Shown here piece after piece: positions 63,421-64,000 of a stretch of 64,000 nucleotides of DNA (positions are counted from its first letter, which is position 1; every line of letters starts with the position of its first letter). Below the pieces are notes generated by a model. That model made no database searches, was not told the DNA's origin, and saw only the letters and a list, made by a program, of their open reading frames with translations. Source of the stretch: Felis catus (lineage: Eukaryota); NCBI RefSeq assembly GCF_018350175.1, contig NC_058368.1:147376001-147440000 (forward strand), given 5' to 3'. Both the position numbers and the translations under genes were made by a program.

Positions 63421-64000
63421 AGTTTAGCTGTTACATAACAAACATAATAAACACAGAGACAAATGAAACATGCTTTTAATATATACCTCACTTCCTTAAT
63501 GTTTGGGGTGAAAAGTGAGGCTTGACATGAGCACCCTACATAAAAGTGAGATCCACTCCTGAAATCCCGACCCCCTTCTTTTAACCTGCTAGACAATTTC
63601 CTTTGTTTATTCTCTAATCCCATCCATTTAACTCATTGAATTTAAGCTGTATCTGAGCAAGGTTTGCCGCCTGTTTTGTTCATTCTTGTAGTTCTATCAC
63701 CCAAAACAGTTCCTGGCATCTATCTCTGCTCAATAAAAAGTTGTGGAATAAATAAATCATAAGACTACGTGTCGTGATCAATTTTATGGTTAAAAATATT
63801 ACTTTGAGGTATTTATTCATTGAAATGTCTTTAAATACAGACACCAAATGACACGATTATGGCTTTTCTTCAATGAGTGTATACTTATCAGTTCAAAAAT
63901 AATTAAAACTTTAGAGTAAGTATGAGGAATTAATTGCCCCTCAAAAAAACTGCCAATGTTCTTTCTTATCACATAAAAAGGAGCAAAGCCTTAGATTTTA

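Overview
This is AT-rich, CpG-poor mammalian non-coding DNA, intronic or intergenic. It is almost certainly felid (cat-like), judging by about 26 tRNA-derived CAN-SINEs, several of the young felid SINEC_Fc type, and felid/carnivore-type L1 3' ends. I can support no protein-coding gene, RNA gene or CRISPR array. The ORF track is explained by broken L1 ORF2 pieces, SINE/microsatellite frames and chance ORFs. The window is a layered transposon record: young and ancient L1s, CAN-SINEs, ERV1 (MER34-like) and MaLR (MLT1) solo LTRs, hAT MITEs (MER33, MER58A, Charlie1-like, MER5, MER91-like), MIR and L2. I found no convincing new biological system. The best-supported curiosities are a 5'-inverted (twin-primed) L1 with an intact TSD, two sequential retrotranspositions into one endonuclease site, a 56-bp-identical dispersed duplication carrying a perfect palindrome, and a MER33 split by three nested insertions. 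A few weak exon candidates are also noted. Repeat family names come from recalled consensus sequences, not a database search, and boundaries of old elements are approximate.
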